57,497 nucleotides of DNA from a virus (Duplodnaviria; Caudoviricetes): IMG/VR virus record IMGVR_UViG_3300016474_000496, positions 1 through 57,497 of that record. One strand, 5' to 3'. Shown here piece after piece: positions 36,277 to 44,478 of this stretch. The notes under the pieces were generated by a model. The model was not told the DNA's origin, did no database searches, and was given only the letters and a program-made list of their open reading frames with translations. The position numbers were made by a program, and so were the translations under genes. Position 1 is the stretch's first letter. Each line of letters begins with the position of its first letter.

Positions 36277-36843
36277 ATGCGAAACGTCATCTTACGCGTC
36301 TCGGGTACCTTCGGCTCAGGTAAAACCACCGCTGTGCGACAGTTCTTAGCCTACGGCGCTAAAGCGCTGATGAGCGGTGAGAAAATCGCCGGCTACCGCA
36401 CGAGCGCCCCTACGTTACGCACTCCGATCTACGTCATCGGAAAGTACGATAATGTTTGCGGCGGCACTGACGCAATCAAAACTCAAGCCGAGGTGGCTCA
36501 GCGAATCTTGAAAGCGCACCCGTTGGGGCATGTGCTTTACGAAGGGGCGTTGGTTTCCGCTAGCGGGCTGGGCGGTCAAATCACTCAGGCCGTTCACCCC
36601 ACGGGTTGCGCGGTCTATGCGTTCATGAACACGCCGCTCGAGCTGTGTATCGAGCGCGTGAAGCAGCGGCGACTCACGGCCGGAAACGAAAAACCGCTTG
36701 ACCCTAAAAACCTGATTCAAAAGTTCAACGCCGTTGTGAACTGCTACCGCAACCTTCGCGCTGCCGGTTACGACGTACGGCTCATTGACTACGCTGACCC
36801 TCACCCTCAGCTGATGACTATTTTCGAGGAGTTCGAAGCATGA
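36277..36843 (+). CDS. P-loop kinase, putative 5-hmdU DNA kinase
   Basis: SGTFGSGKTT, IGKY...CGGTD, VLYEG, TPLELCIERV..RR; sits in the hypermodification cluster. Confidence 0.7.
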   Translation: MRNVILRVSGTFGSGKTTAVRQFLAYGAKALMSGEKIAGYRTSAPTLRTPIYVIGKYDNVCGGTDAIKTQAEVAQRILKAHPLGHVLYEGALVSASGLGGQITQAVHPTGCAVYAFMNTPLELCIERVKQRRLTAGNEKPLDPKNLIQKFNAVVNCYRNLRAAGYDVRLIDYADPHPQLMTIFEEFEA

Positions 36844-37757
36844 TCGAAGACTGCCCTTACGGGCCGCCCGCCGCTGATAAAATCGCTTCAATTGAGGGGC
36901 TGTTGTATTTTGTTTGGGAACGGGAAGTGATTCGCATATCCCGTGAAAACAAGCTGCCGCCCCCGTGGACCGAGGACCCCATTCTGCGTGAATATAAGTT
37001 TACGAACATTCGCCGCCGCGACGACCGGGTATCTCAGTGGATCATCAAATACCTTATAGAACCTGATGCCGGTCGGCCGGACTTATGGTTTACGCTTTTG
37101 ATAGCGCGGCTGATCAACTGGCCACCTACGCTGCGAGTGTTGGTTTACGAGAAGATGTTGCCCGTGTCGCCTGAGAAGTTTTCACCTGAGGCGTTTAGCG
37201 CTCTCATCGAAGCGTATCGCCGCAAGGTTGACAAGATTTACAGCGGTGCGTACATGGTTTACCCTACGAAAAAAGACCCGGCGGGGATCAAGAGCCTTGC
37301 GCTGGCGCGGCATATCATTGAGCCCGCAATCGAACTCAACGCTCAACTGATCGAAGAGCTGAACTACGAGCGCCCACGAATCGAGAACTTTGTGAATACG
37401 CTGTCAACTTCGTTCGGGCTGAATACGTTCATGGCCGGTCAGGTTGCCGCTGATCTTACTTACACTGATAAACAGCTCGGCGTTGCAGAGGACCTTCACA
37501 CCTACGCCCCGATCGGTCCCGGCAGCACCAAAGGTCTAAATTATCTTACGGGCCGTAAGTCAACGATGCCTTGGAACCAGACCCAGTTCAACAAGAAGCT
37601 GGTTGAAATCAAAGACGCAATCGAGACGCAGCTCGACATTACGGACCTCACACTACATGACGTACAGAACGTGATGTGCGAATACAGCAAGTACGCACGC
37701 ACCGTGGTTGGAGACGGCGTACCTAAAACCCGATACAAGCCCGAGAAGGAGTTCTAG
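36840..37757 (+). CDS. aGPT-Pplase1 (HMUDK helical domain) family protein, second HhH-fold DNA-modification enzyme
   Basis: YFVWERE.IR...PPPWTEDPILREYKFTNIRRRDDRVS, FMAGQVAADL, GPGSTKGL, DVQNVMCEYSKY. Confidence 0.8.
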   Translation: MIEDCPYGPPAADKIASIEGLLYFVWEREVIRISRENKLPPPWTEDPILREYKFTNIRRRDDRVSQWIIKYLIEPDAGRPDLWFTLLIARLINWPPTLRVLVYEKMLPVSPEKFSPEAFSALIEAYRRKVDKIYSGAYMVYPTKKDPAGIKSLALARHIIEPAIELNAQLIEELNYERPRIENFVNTLSTSFGLNTFMAGQVAADLTYTDKQLGVAEDLHTYAPIGPGSTKGLNYLTGRKSTMPWNQTQFNKKLVEIKDAIETQLDITDLTLHDVQNVMCEYSKYARTVVGDGVPKTRYKPEKEF

Positions 37758-37761
37758 AGCC

Positions 37762-38751
37762 ATGGCCTACACAATCACCGCAACGAACGTCAACGAGGCC
37801 TTCGCGGAGGTTTTCTGGAAGCTTCGCACGTACCCTACTCATGAGCGCAACACGCGTAACGGGCCAGCGATTACCTTTACCGACACATTCATCATTACGT
37901 ACCTCAAACCGCAAGAGCGGGTGCTGTTTCATGAAGGGCGCGACGCTAATCCGATTTTTCACCTCATGGAGTCAATCTGGATGCTCGCGGGGCGAAATGA
38001 CGTGGCGTTTCTGGAGCGGTTCAACAGCCGCATTCGGCAGTACAGCGACGACGGCGTAACGTTTAACGCTGCGTACGGCTACCGCTGGCGGCGACATTTC
38101 GGGTTCGATCAGCTGTTGGGCGTGATTGACCTTTTACGCAGTGACCCCCGGACTCGGCAAGCCGTTGTGCAAATCTGGGACCCCGCTGATCTCACAAAGA
38201 CCACTAAAGATAAAGCCTGCAACACGCAGATAATCTTTGAAACCCAGGCCGGGCAGCTTGACATGACCGTTTTGAACCGCAGCAACGATATCTGGTGGGG
38301 TGCGCTCGGTGCTAACGTTGTTCACTTTAGCGTGCTGCAGGAGTTTGTCGCCACGGCGCTTCAGGTTCCGTTAGGGGTTTATCGGCAAGTGAGCGCGAAT
38401 CTTCACCTTTATCGCAATCTCTACAAAGCCGATCAGTATATTACGCTACCGCCCCAAGCGAGTGACTTCGACCGTTACTGGCGCGGCATGGTCACACCGC
38501 GCCCGCTGATGACCGAGCCGGACCCGCAACTGTTCTTGTACGAGTGTGAATGGTTCTGCGTTGACCCGCTAGCCCCCAACCCATATCGCAACACGTTCTT
38601 GAGCGAAGTCGCCCGCCCGATGGCTATGGTCACTGCCGCTCGCAGGGGCGGGGGAACTGGCCGGGCCGAGGCGGCTTCGGTTCGAGCTACCGATTGGCGA
38701 AGCGCTGCGATGGATTGGGTTGAGCGGCGCGAAGCAGCTCGGAAGCGCTAA
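37762..38751 (+). CDS. thymidylate-synthase-family dUMP hydroxymethylase
   Basis: TRNG, RDANPIFHLMESIWMLAGRND, AYGYRWR, catalytic DKACN, NRSNDIWWGALGANVVHF (Asn implies dUMP specificity), NLHLY. Confidence 0.85.
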   Translation: MAYTITATNVNEAFAEVFWKLRTYPTHERNTRNGPAITFTDTFIITYLKPQERVLFHEGRDANPIFHLMESIWMLAGRNDVAFLERFNSRIRQYSDDGVTFNAAYGYRWRRHFGFDQLLGVIDLLRSDPRTRQAVVQIWDPADLTKTTKDKACNTQIIFETQAGQLDMTVLNRSNDIWWGALGANVVHFSVLQEFVATALQVPLGVYRQVSANLHLYRNLYKADQYITLPPQASDFDRYWRGMVTPRPLMTEPDPQLFLYECEWFCVDPLAPNPYRNTFLSEVARPMAMVTAARRGGGTGRAEAASVRATDWRSAAMDWVERREAARKR

Positions 38752-38753
38752 TT

Positions 38754-38781
38754 TTGCGTTTTCGAAAATGCGGCCTATACT
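38754..38781 (+). promoter_or_regulatory. sigma70-like promoter
   Basis: TTGCGT-N16-TATACT upstream of the HD/polymerase genes. Confidence 0.45.
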
Positions 38782-38823
38782 TTTATGTTCTAGCTTTATA
38801 ACTTTTAACTTGAGACTGTTGAA

Positions 38824-39318
38824 ATGAGAAAAACCCTTCAGTTCATCATCAACGGAAGCGAAGTCAAACGCTTTCACACCCTCACGACCCTGCAGATTGA
38901 AACCGTCGGCCATCACTCGCACGGCGTTGCGTGTTTTACTCTACTGTTGAACCCGGACGCTAGCCGCCAGCTGATTTTGGCTGCGCTGTTTCATGATCTC
39001 GCCGAGCAGCATACGGGCGACATCCCCTCGCCGGCGAAACGCGAATACGGCATAGGTGATCAGGTTGATAAACTTGAGCGCCGGCTGATGTTTGATGCAG
39101 GAATTCAATATCCTGAGCTCAACGCCTTCGATCAGCGTACGCTCAAGCTCGCTGACATAGCCCATGGGGCGGTGTTTTGTTTACGGGAAGCGCAGCTCGG
39201 CAATCGACGGATGCTTGAGGTTCATGACCGCTACGTCGCCTATGCGCATGAGTTGATTCTCGTGGGACGTGAGCTTGATCTTTTCAACACCATCAAAGGG
39301 TTACGTTATGAGCGCTAA
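38824..39318 (+). CDS. HD-domain 5'-deoxynucleotidase (YfbR-like)
   Basis: VKRFHT, ETVGHHS, ALFHDLAE..TGDIPSPAK, LKLAD. Confidence 0.85.
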   Translation: MRKTLQFIINGSEVKRFHTLTTLQIETVGHHSHGVACFTLLLNPDASRQLILAALFHDLAEQHTGDIPSPAKREYGIGDQVDKLERRLMFDAGIQYPELNAFDQRTLKLADIAHGAVFCLREAQLGNRRMLEVHDRYVAYAHELILVGRELDLFNTIKGLRYER

Positions 39319-39565
39319 CGAAAAGCAAGTCGCCGGCTCACACTATCGCTCCGGCATTCAGCACTGGGACTACGTCATTGCTAATGATCTTGACTATTTT
39401 CAGGGTCAGATAACGAAGTATGTCACGCGTTGGAAACGTAAGAACGGTCTTACAGACCTGCTCAAGGCTCAGCACTTCCTTGAGAAATACATCGAGATCG
39501 CCCGCCAAGCTGAGCAGTCCGACGGTGCTGAACCTACTTCCGGCTACACCAATCAAGACAGATGA
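39308..39565 (+). CDS. DUF3310 (SaV-like / T7 gp1.7-related) protein
   Basis: QVAGSHY...IQHWDY...GQITKYVTRW..KNG..DLLKAQHFLE. Confidence 0.75.
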   Translation: MSANEKQVAGSHYRSGIQHWDYVIANDLDYFQGQITKYVTRWKRKNGLTDLLKAQHFLEKYIEIARQAEQSDGAEPTSGYTNQDR

Positions 39566-41415
39566 GCACTTGGGTGTTTGATACCGAGACCTACCGCAAC
39601 CGCACGTTGTTCTGCGCCAAGAACGTAGACACCGGCGAGTGGTTTGACCTTTGGCGTCACGAGCCAGAGGCTCCTGCGCGACTCAAAAAACTGCTCACCT
39701 CGGGGGGTACGTTTGTAGGGTTCAACTCGCGGGAGTTCGACAATATCATTGTGGCGGCGTTCTGCAGCACCCGTACAGAGGCTGAAATCAAACGCATCGC
39801 CGACGACATCATCAGCAACCGCCTAGCGCCTTGGGCCGCGATGCGTAAGTTCATGCTGCCGGAAGTTCGGTTTGACTGGATCGACCTGATTGAGGTTGCG
39901 CCGTCGTTTGTGAGTCTGAAGGCTTATGGGGCGCGGATGCATATGCCTCGGCTGCAGGATCTTCCAATTCATCATGCTGAACTCATACGCCCCGAGCAGG
40001 AGGCGACTCTCCTTGAGTATTGCCACAATGACGTCGAGACAACTGCGGAGCTCTTACGGCATTTGGAAAAAGAGGTTTTACTGCGGGTCGAAATGAGCCG
40101 ACGTTACGGCGCTGACATGCGTAGCAAGTCTGATTCACAAATGGCTGAACAGGCTTATATCAGTAGCATGAGGCTTCAGCGCCGCGAAAATGAAGTGCCG
40201 AAAAGCGTGCGGTACACGCCACCTCAGTTTTTGAAGTTTCAAGACGCCACTCTTCAACAGCTTTTGGAACGCGTCGCGGTGCATACGTTTGAGATGAATC
40301 CGAACACTGGACACGTTGTGCTCCCGGAGTTTTTAGGCCGCACGACGATTCCGTTCGGCACTGGCGAGTATCAGCTCGGCGTAGGAGGTATACACAGTGT
40401 TCACGACCGGAAAGTCTGTCACGTTGCGGGAGCTGACGTCATTTGTGATATTGATGCCGCTAGTTTTTACCCCAGTATCATACTTGAGTGCGGTTTTGTA
40501 CCCGCCGGATTGGGTGAGGACTTTGTCAGCGAGTATCGTAAAATCTACGAGCGGCGGTTAGAAGCAAAACGTTCAGGAGATAAGACCACAGGCGAGACGC
40601 TCAAGATTTCGTTGAACGGCACGTTCGGCAAACTCGCTAGCCGATACTCGGTGCTGTATTCGCCAGATTTGATGCTTGCTGTGACACTGACCGGACAGTT
40701 CACCCTGCTGATGTTGATCGAGTGGCTAGAGCACGCTGGCGCAACTACGCTCTCAGCCAACACCGACGGCATCGCTATTCGGTATCCGGCAGCGTTGGAA
40801 ACCACGGTCCAGAAAGTCATTAGCCGCTTCAGCGAGGTTTCTCGGTTTGTGTTTGAGTTTACGCCGTATCGAGTTTTAGCAATGAAGGATGTAAACAACT
40901 ACATTGCGGTCAAACCCGACCGCTCGCTAAAAGTCAAAGGTATTTACGCACCGTTGTCGTTGAAAAAGAACCCCACCGCACAAGTTTGCGCTGACGCGGT
41001 CGGTCAATGGTTGGCACGGGGGACCCCGCTTCTCGAAACAATATACGCCGCGCCGTTCAAAGATTTTATCTCAGCGCGTAATGTAACCGGGGGCGGTGCT
41101 CAGGCCGGCCAGTATTTAGGGCGGGTAGTCCGCTGGTATCAGTCTAACGACCCGGCTCTGGAACCTATACGTTACGTGAAGAATAACAACAAAGTTCCAA
41201 AGACCGACGGGGCGCGAGCCTGCATGACGGTTACGGATTTCGTTACGCACCCCGCCGATACCGACTACACATGGTACCACGCGGAAGCTATCAGAATCGC
41301 GGTCGCCGTGGGTTGTGAAAACTACCTCAGCCCGGAAGAACTCGCGCTCATAGCGCCGCCCCCTAAACAACCTAGGAAACGTAAAAATGACAACACCTCT
41401 GCAGTCGCCCGGTAA
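39562..41415 (+). CDS. family B DNA polymerase with N-terminal 3'-5' exonuclease
   Basis: Exo motifs FDTE, GFNS..FD, YCHND; polymerase motifs DIDAASFYPSII, KISLNGTFGK, SANTDG. Confidence 0.9.
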   Translation: MSTWVFDTETYRNRTLFCAKNVDTGEWFDLWRHEPEAPARLKKLLTSGGTFVGFNSREFDNIIVAAFCSTRTEAEIKRIADDIISNRLAPWAAMRKFMLPEVRFDWIDLIEVAPSFVSLKAYGARMHMPRLQDLPIHHAELIRPEQEATLLEYCHNDVETTAELLRHLEKEVLLRVEMSRRYGADMRSKSDSQMAEQAYISSMRLQRRENEVPKSVRYTPPQFLKFQDATLQQLLERVAVHTFEMNPNTGHVVLPEFLGRTTIPFGTGEYQLGVGGIHSVHDRKVCHVAGADVICDIDAASFYPSIILECGFVPAGLGEDFVSEYRKIYERRLEAKRSGDKTTGETLKISLNGTFGKLASRYSVLYSPDLMLAVTLTGQFTLLMLIEWLEHAGATTLSANTDGIAIRYPAALETTVQKVISRFSEVSRFVFEFTPYRVLAMKDVNNYIAVKPDRSLKVKGIYAPLSLKKNPTAQVCADAVGQWLARGTPLLETIYAAPFKDFISARNVTGGGAQAGQYLGRVVRWYQSNDPALEPIRYVKNNNKVPKTDGARACMTVTDFVTHPADTDYTWYHAEAIRIAVAVGCENYLSPEELALIAPPPKQPRKRKNDNTSAVAR

Positions 41416-41761
41416 TACGCGTACGGTTTTTGTGGTTCAAATCGACAATAGCAAAGACCTTAGTGATGCTCGGCGTTTTGGCCAGCTGAGAGCTGTTTTC
41501 AGCCGTCCTCGTAAGCCTTACAACACCCGCATGATGATCGAAAAAGCGCGGCGCGTGTTGAGCGAATGGAAACACGGTGACTACCTGTTAATGATTGGTG
41601 ACCCTTCGTTGTGCGCCATTTGCGCCGCCATCGCCGCTGAGCAAGATGATGTGCTGAACCTGCTGAGTTGGGACCGTGAGCTCTTCCAGTACATAACGCA
41701 TCAATGGGACTTCGGGCAACAGCCTGACAATTACGACGATTTCGCAACGGCGGATGACTAA
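41387..41761 (+). CDS. hypothetical protein
   Basis: VFVVQ...DLSDARRFGQL...DYLLMIGDP...LLSWDR. Confidence 0.6.
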   Translation: MTTPLQSPGNTRTVFVVQIDNSKDLSDARRFGQLRAVFSRPRKPYNTRMMIEKARRVLSEWKHGDYLLMIGDPSLCAICAAIAAEQDDVLNLLSWDRELFQYITHQWDFGQQPDNYDDFATADD

Positions 41762-41789
41762 CCGCCTCTACTCAGAAAGGAGAAACAAA

Positions 41790-42554
41790 ATGTCAAAAGA
41801 GAAGCAACCCGCCCCCAGCAGCTGGCAGGATACGCTGCGCCGGGGCAAGCAAGCCGTACCGCCCCGGTTCGTGATTTACGGTGGTCACGGCATCGGCAAG
41901 TCAACGCTCGCTAGCCAGTTCCCGGCCCCCATCTTCATTAGCACTGAGGACGGCTTAGACTCGCTCGACGTTACGAGCTTTCCCCGAGCGACTAAGATTA
42001 GCGATGTTGTTGACAGTATCAAGACGCTGATCAAGGAAGATCACCAGTTCAAGACCGTTGTGGTTGATTCGGTTGACTGGCTCATAGAGCCGCTAATTGT
42101 GGGGCATGTTGAGTCAACTCACGAAGCTAAAGACCTCGCCTACGGCAAAGGGCAGATGCTGGTGGCGGAAGAGTTCCGTGAGATCCTGCAAGGGCTCGAT
42201 GTACTCCGGCTCAAACGCGGTATGAACGTTGTGCTAATTGCGCATGCGGCAGTCGTGAAGTTCGAAGATCCCCGCACCGAGCCCTATGATCGGTATCAGC
42301 CTAAGCTGCCTAACCGCTGCAACGCGCTCTTGCAAGAGTGGGCCGATGTGATTGCGTTTGCGGCGTTCAAAGTGATAATCCGCAAATCTGACACCGGGTT
42401 CAATAATCAAAAGACCCGAGGCGTGACCACAGGCGAGCGACTGCTGCACTTTATCGAGAACCCCGCATACGCCGCAAAGAACCGTTACGGTTGCCCTGAG
42501 GAAATCGAGATGAAAATCGAAAACCTCGAAAAGCTCATCCCCATTGCCGCTTAA
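41790..42554 (+). CDS. AAA_24 / Sak4-like ATPase
   Basis: IYGGHGIGKST, TVVVDSVDW, VLIAHA, AKNR; RBS AAAGGAG. Confidence 0.85.
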   Translation: MSKEKQPAPSSWQDTLRRGKQAVPPRFVIYGGHGIGKSTLASQFPAPIFISTEDGLDSLDVTSFPRATKISDVVDSIKTLIKEDHQFKTVVVDSVDWLIEPLIVGHVESTHEAKDLAYGKGQMLVAEEFREILQGLDVLRLKRGMNVVLIAHAAVVKFEDPRTEPYDRYQPKLPNRCNALLQEWADVIAFAAFKVIIRKSDTGFNNQKTRGVTTGERLLHFIENPAYAAKNRYGCPEEIEMKIENLEKLIPIAA

Positions 42555-42572
42555 TTAAAGGAGCCCCTTATC

Positions 42573-43079
42573 ATGGCAAAGTTTGGATTTGATACCGCCG
42601 AAGTTGACGTTTCCGCCCCCGCCGAGTATGATCCCATTCCAGAGGGTGAGTACGTTTTGAAGGCGCTCGACGCTGAAGAGAAGTCAACTAACCGAGGCGA
42701 CGGCAGCTACATCAAGGCGAAGTTTGAAGTCGTCAAGGGCGAATACGCAGGTCGCCTCTTGTGGCAAAACTTCAACATTAACAACCCCAGTGAGAAAGCG
42801 CAGCGCATCGGCCGCCAGCAAATCGTAGCTTGGGCCACGGCATGCGGTAGGCCCGAGGCCGACGACACCGACAAACTGCTCGAAAAACCTTTCCGGGCAG
42901 CGGTCGCAATCGAGCCGGGCAGCAACGGCTACAAAGCCAGCAACAAGATCAAAGCGTTCTTGTTTAGCGATGACGGATCTGCCGCACCGCTAGCCCCAAA
43001 AGCCGCCGCCCCGAAAGCTGCCCCGAAGGCCGCTGCCCCTAGCCGGGCACCGGCAGCTTCGGCCAATCCCTGGGACTGA
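42573..43079 (+). CDS. DUF669-family putative single-stranded DNA-binding protein
   Basis: YDPIPEGEY, GEYAGRLLW, A/P-rich tail ending NPWD; follows the Sak4-like ATPase. Confidence 0.75.
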   Translation: MAKFGFDTAEVDVSAPAEYDPIPEGEYVLKALDAEEKSTNRGDGSYIKAKFEVVKGEYAGRLLWQNFNINNPSEKAQRIGRQQIVAWATACGRPEADDTDKLLEKPFRAAVAIEPGSNGYKASNKIKAFLFSDDGSAAPLAPKAAAPKAAPKAAAPSRAPAASANPWD

Positions 43080-43084
43080 GCGTC

Positions 43085-43921
43085 ATGGTAGCCATCCCGC
43101 CCAAACCTGAGCAGCAGGTCATCAACCGCATTTACAATGCGATTGAGAAAGAAAAGGCAGACACCGAACTGTACTTAGGGCGGCTTGGCTCTTCGGGGAT
43201 AGGCGAAGAATGTGCCCGTCAGGTGTGGCTCAACTGGCGAGGTTTCGCCCGTGAGCAGTTTGACGGACGCATGCTTCGCCTTTTCGACACCGGCCATCAA
43301 CAAGAGGCGCGAATCGTAGCTGATTTGCGTCGTGCGGGATTCGCGGTCTGGGATAAGCAACCCGACGGACGTCAGTATGAGTTTGTCGACTCTACCGGGC
43401 ACTTTATAACAAAGGTTGATGGTGTCGTGAAAGACGTCCCTGAGAGCGATAAGCCTCATTTGCTTGAAGTCAAAACACACAACAAGAACAGCTTTAGTTC
43501 ACTCGTAAAGAAAGGTGTAGCCGACGCAAAGCCCTCACACTATGCGCAGGTTCAGATCAGCATGGCGCTGGGCGGGTTTACGCGGGCGCTTTACGTCGCG
43601 GTATGTAAAGACGATGAGCAGTTTTACGTCGAGCGTATACGGGAAGACAAAGCCAAGCAGAACCGACTGCGAGCGCGAATCGTCAAACTCACAGAAGCCC
43701 GGCTACGCCCTGCCGGGATCAGCGATGACGGGTCGAGTTTCGGCTGCAAGTTCTGTAGCATGAAAGCGGCGTGCACTCGCGAAGTTGAACCCCTGCGCCA
43801 CTGCCGCACCTGCTCAATGTGCACCCCAGGGCCGGAAGGCAAGTGGGTGTGCGAACTCAACAACCACACCCTAACCCTCGACGAGCAGCGGGCCGGGTGC
43901 GAACACTACGAGGCATTATGA
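43085..43921 (+). CDS. Cas4-like PD-(D/E)XK exonuclease with Cys cluster
   Basis: LGSS.IGEEC.R..W, VDG...LLEVKT, HYAQVQ, CKFC....C, CRTC. Confidence 0.8.
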   Translation: MVAIPPKPEQQVINRIYNAIEKEKADTELYLGRLGSSGIGEECARQVWLNWRGFAREQFDGRMLRLFDTGHQQEARIVADLRRAGFAVWDKQPDGRQYEFVDSTGHFITKVDGVVKDVPESDKPHLLEVKTHNKNSFSSLVKKGVADAKPSHYAQVQISMALGGFTRALYVAVCKDDEQFYVERIREDKAKQNRLRARIVKLTEARLRPAGISDDGSSFGCKFCSMKAACTREVEPLRHCRTCSMCTPGPEGKWVCELNNHTLTLDEQRAGCEHYEAL

Positions 43922-44394
43922 TCACAATCGGCATTGACCCCGGCTTGAATGGGGCGGTGGGAATACTCAGAGACGGACGATTCGTCGCCGTAGAGGACAT
44001 GCCCATCGTCGCTAAGGGTTCGGGTAGCGTTAAAAACGAAGTTGACGCGGTGGGGCTTCTCAAGCTTCTGAGGCACTATGCCCCAGCGGACGAAGACGCG
44101 GAAGTTGCGCTTGAGCGTGTCAACGCTATGCCCGGCCAAGGCGTGAGCTCGGTTTTCAGCCTAGGGGATTCGTTTGGGGTTGCGCGAGCGGCGGTTTCGG
44201 CTACGCGACGCCACATTGTATACGTAACCCCTGCGAGTTGGAAAAAGTACTTCAGGTTGAGCTCTGATAAAGAGATGTGCCGGGCGTTTGCGATCAGAAC
44301 TTATCCCGAGGCACCGCTCAACCTAAAGAAATACGCCGACCGGGCCGAGGCGCTTTTAATGGCGCGATGGCTTTATAACTGTAAGCACAGGTAG
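43918..44394 (+). CDS. RuvC-like Holliday junction resolvase
   Basis: IGIDPG..GA, ALERV, QGVSSVFSLG, VTPASWKK, DRAEALL. Confidence 0.85.
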   Translation: MITIGIDPGLNGAVGILRDGRFVAVEDMPIVAKGSGSVKNEVDAVGLLKLLRHYAPADEDAEVALERVNAMPGQGVSSVFSLGDSFGVARAAVSATRRHIVYVTPASWKKYFRLSSDKEMCRAFAIRTYPEAPLNLKKYADRAEALLMARWLYNCKHR

Positions 44395-44431
44395 AAAAAG
44401 AAAAACCCCCGAACCTAAACAGTTCGGGGGT
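44395..44431 (-). terminator. intrinsic terminator at the convergence of the two arms
   Basis: Minus strand ACCCCCGAAC-TGTTTAG-GTTCGGGGGT followed by TTTTCTTTTT. Confidence 0.8.
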
Positions 44432-44478
44432 CAAGTCACCCCGCATGGACAGAGGGGCGACAAGGAGTCCCCACACAC

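Noticed and set aside
37762-38751. Ordinary thymidylate synthase or dCMP hydroxymethylase
   Set aside because: NRSND..WG..GAN pattern with Asn, plus neighbouring kinase and transferases, favours a dUMP hydroxymethylase; not biochemically proven.
38824-39318. DatZ of a 2-aminoadenine (Z) genome
   Set aside because: No PurZ/adenylosuccinate-synthetase-like gene is present.
43085-43921. Cas4-like gene as part of a CRISPR-Cas system
   Set aside because: No cas1/cas2 or array; it lies in a standard ATPase-SSB-nuclease-resolvase recombination block.
24569-44394. Lysogeny module or tRNA genes
   Set aside because: No integrase, ParA or CI-like repressor recognised; no cloverleaf seen in the short intergenic gaps (manual inspection only).
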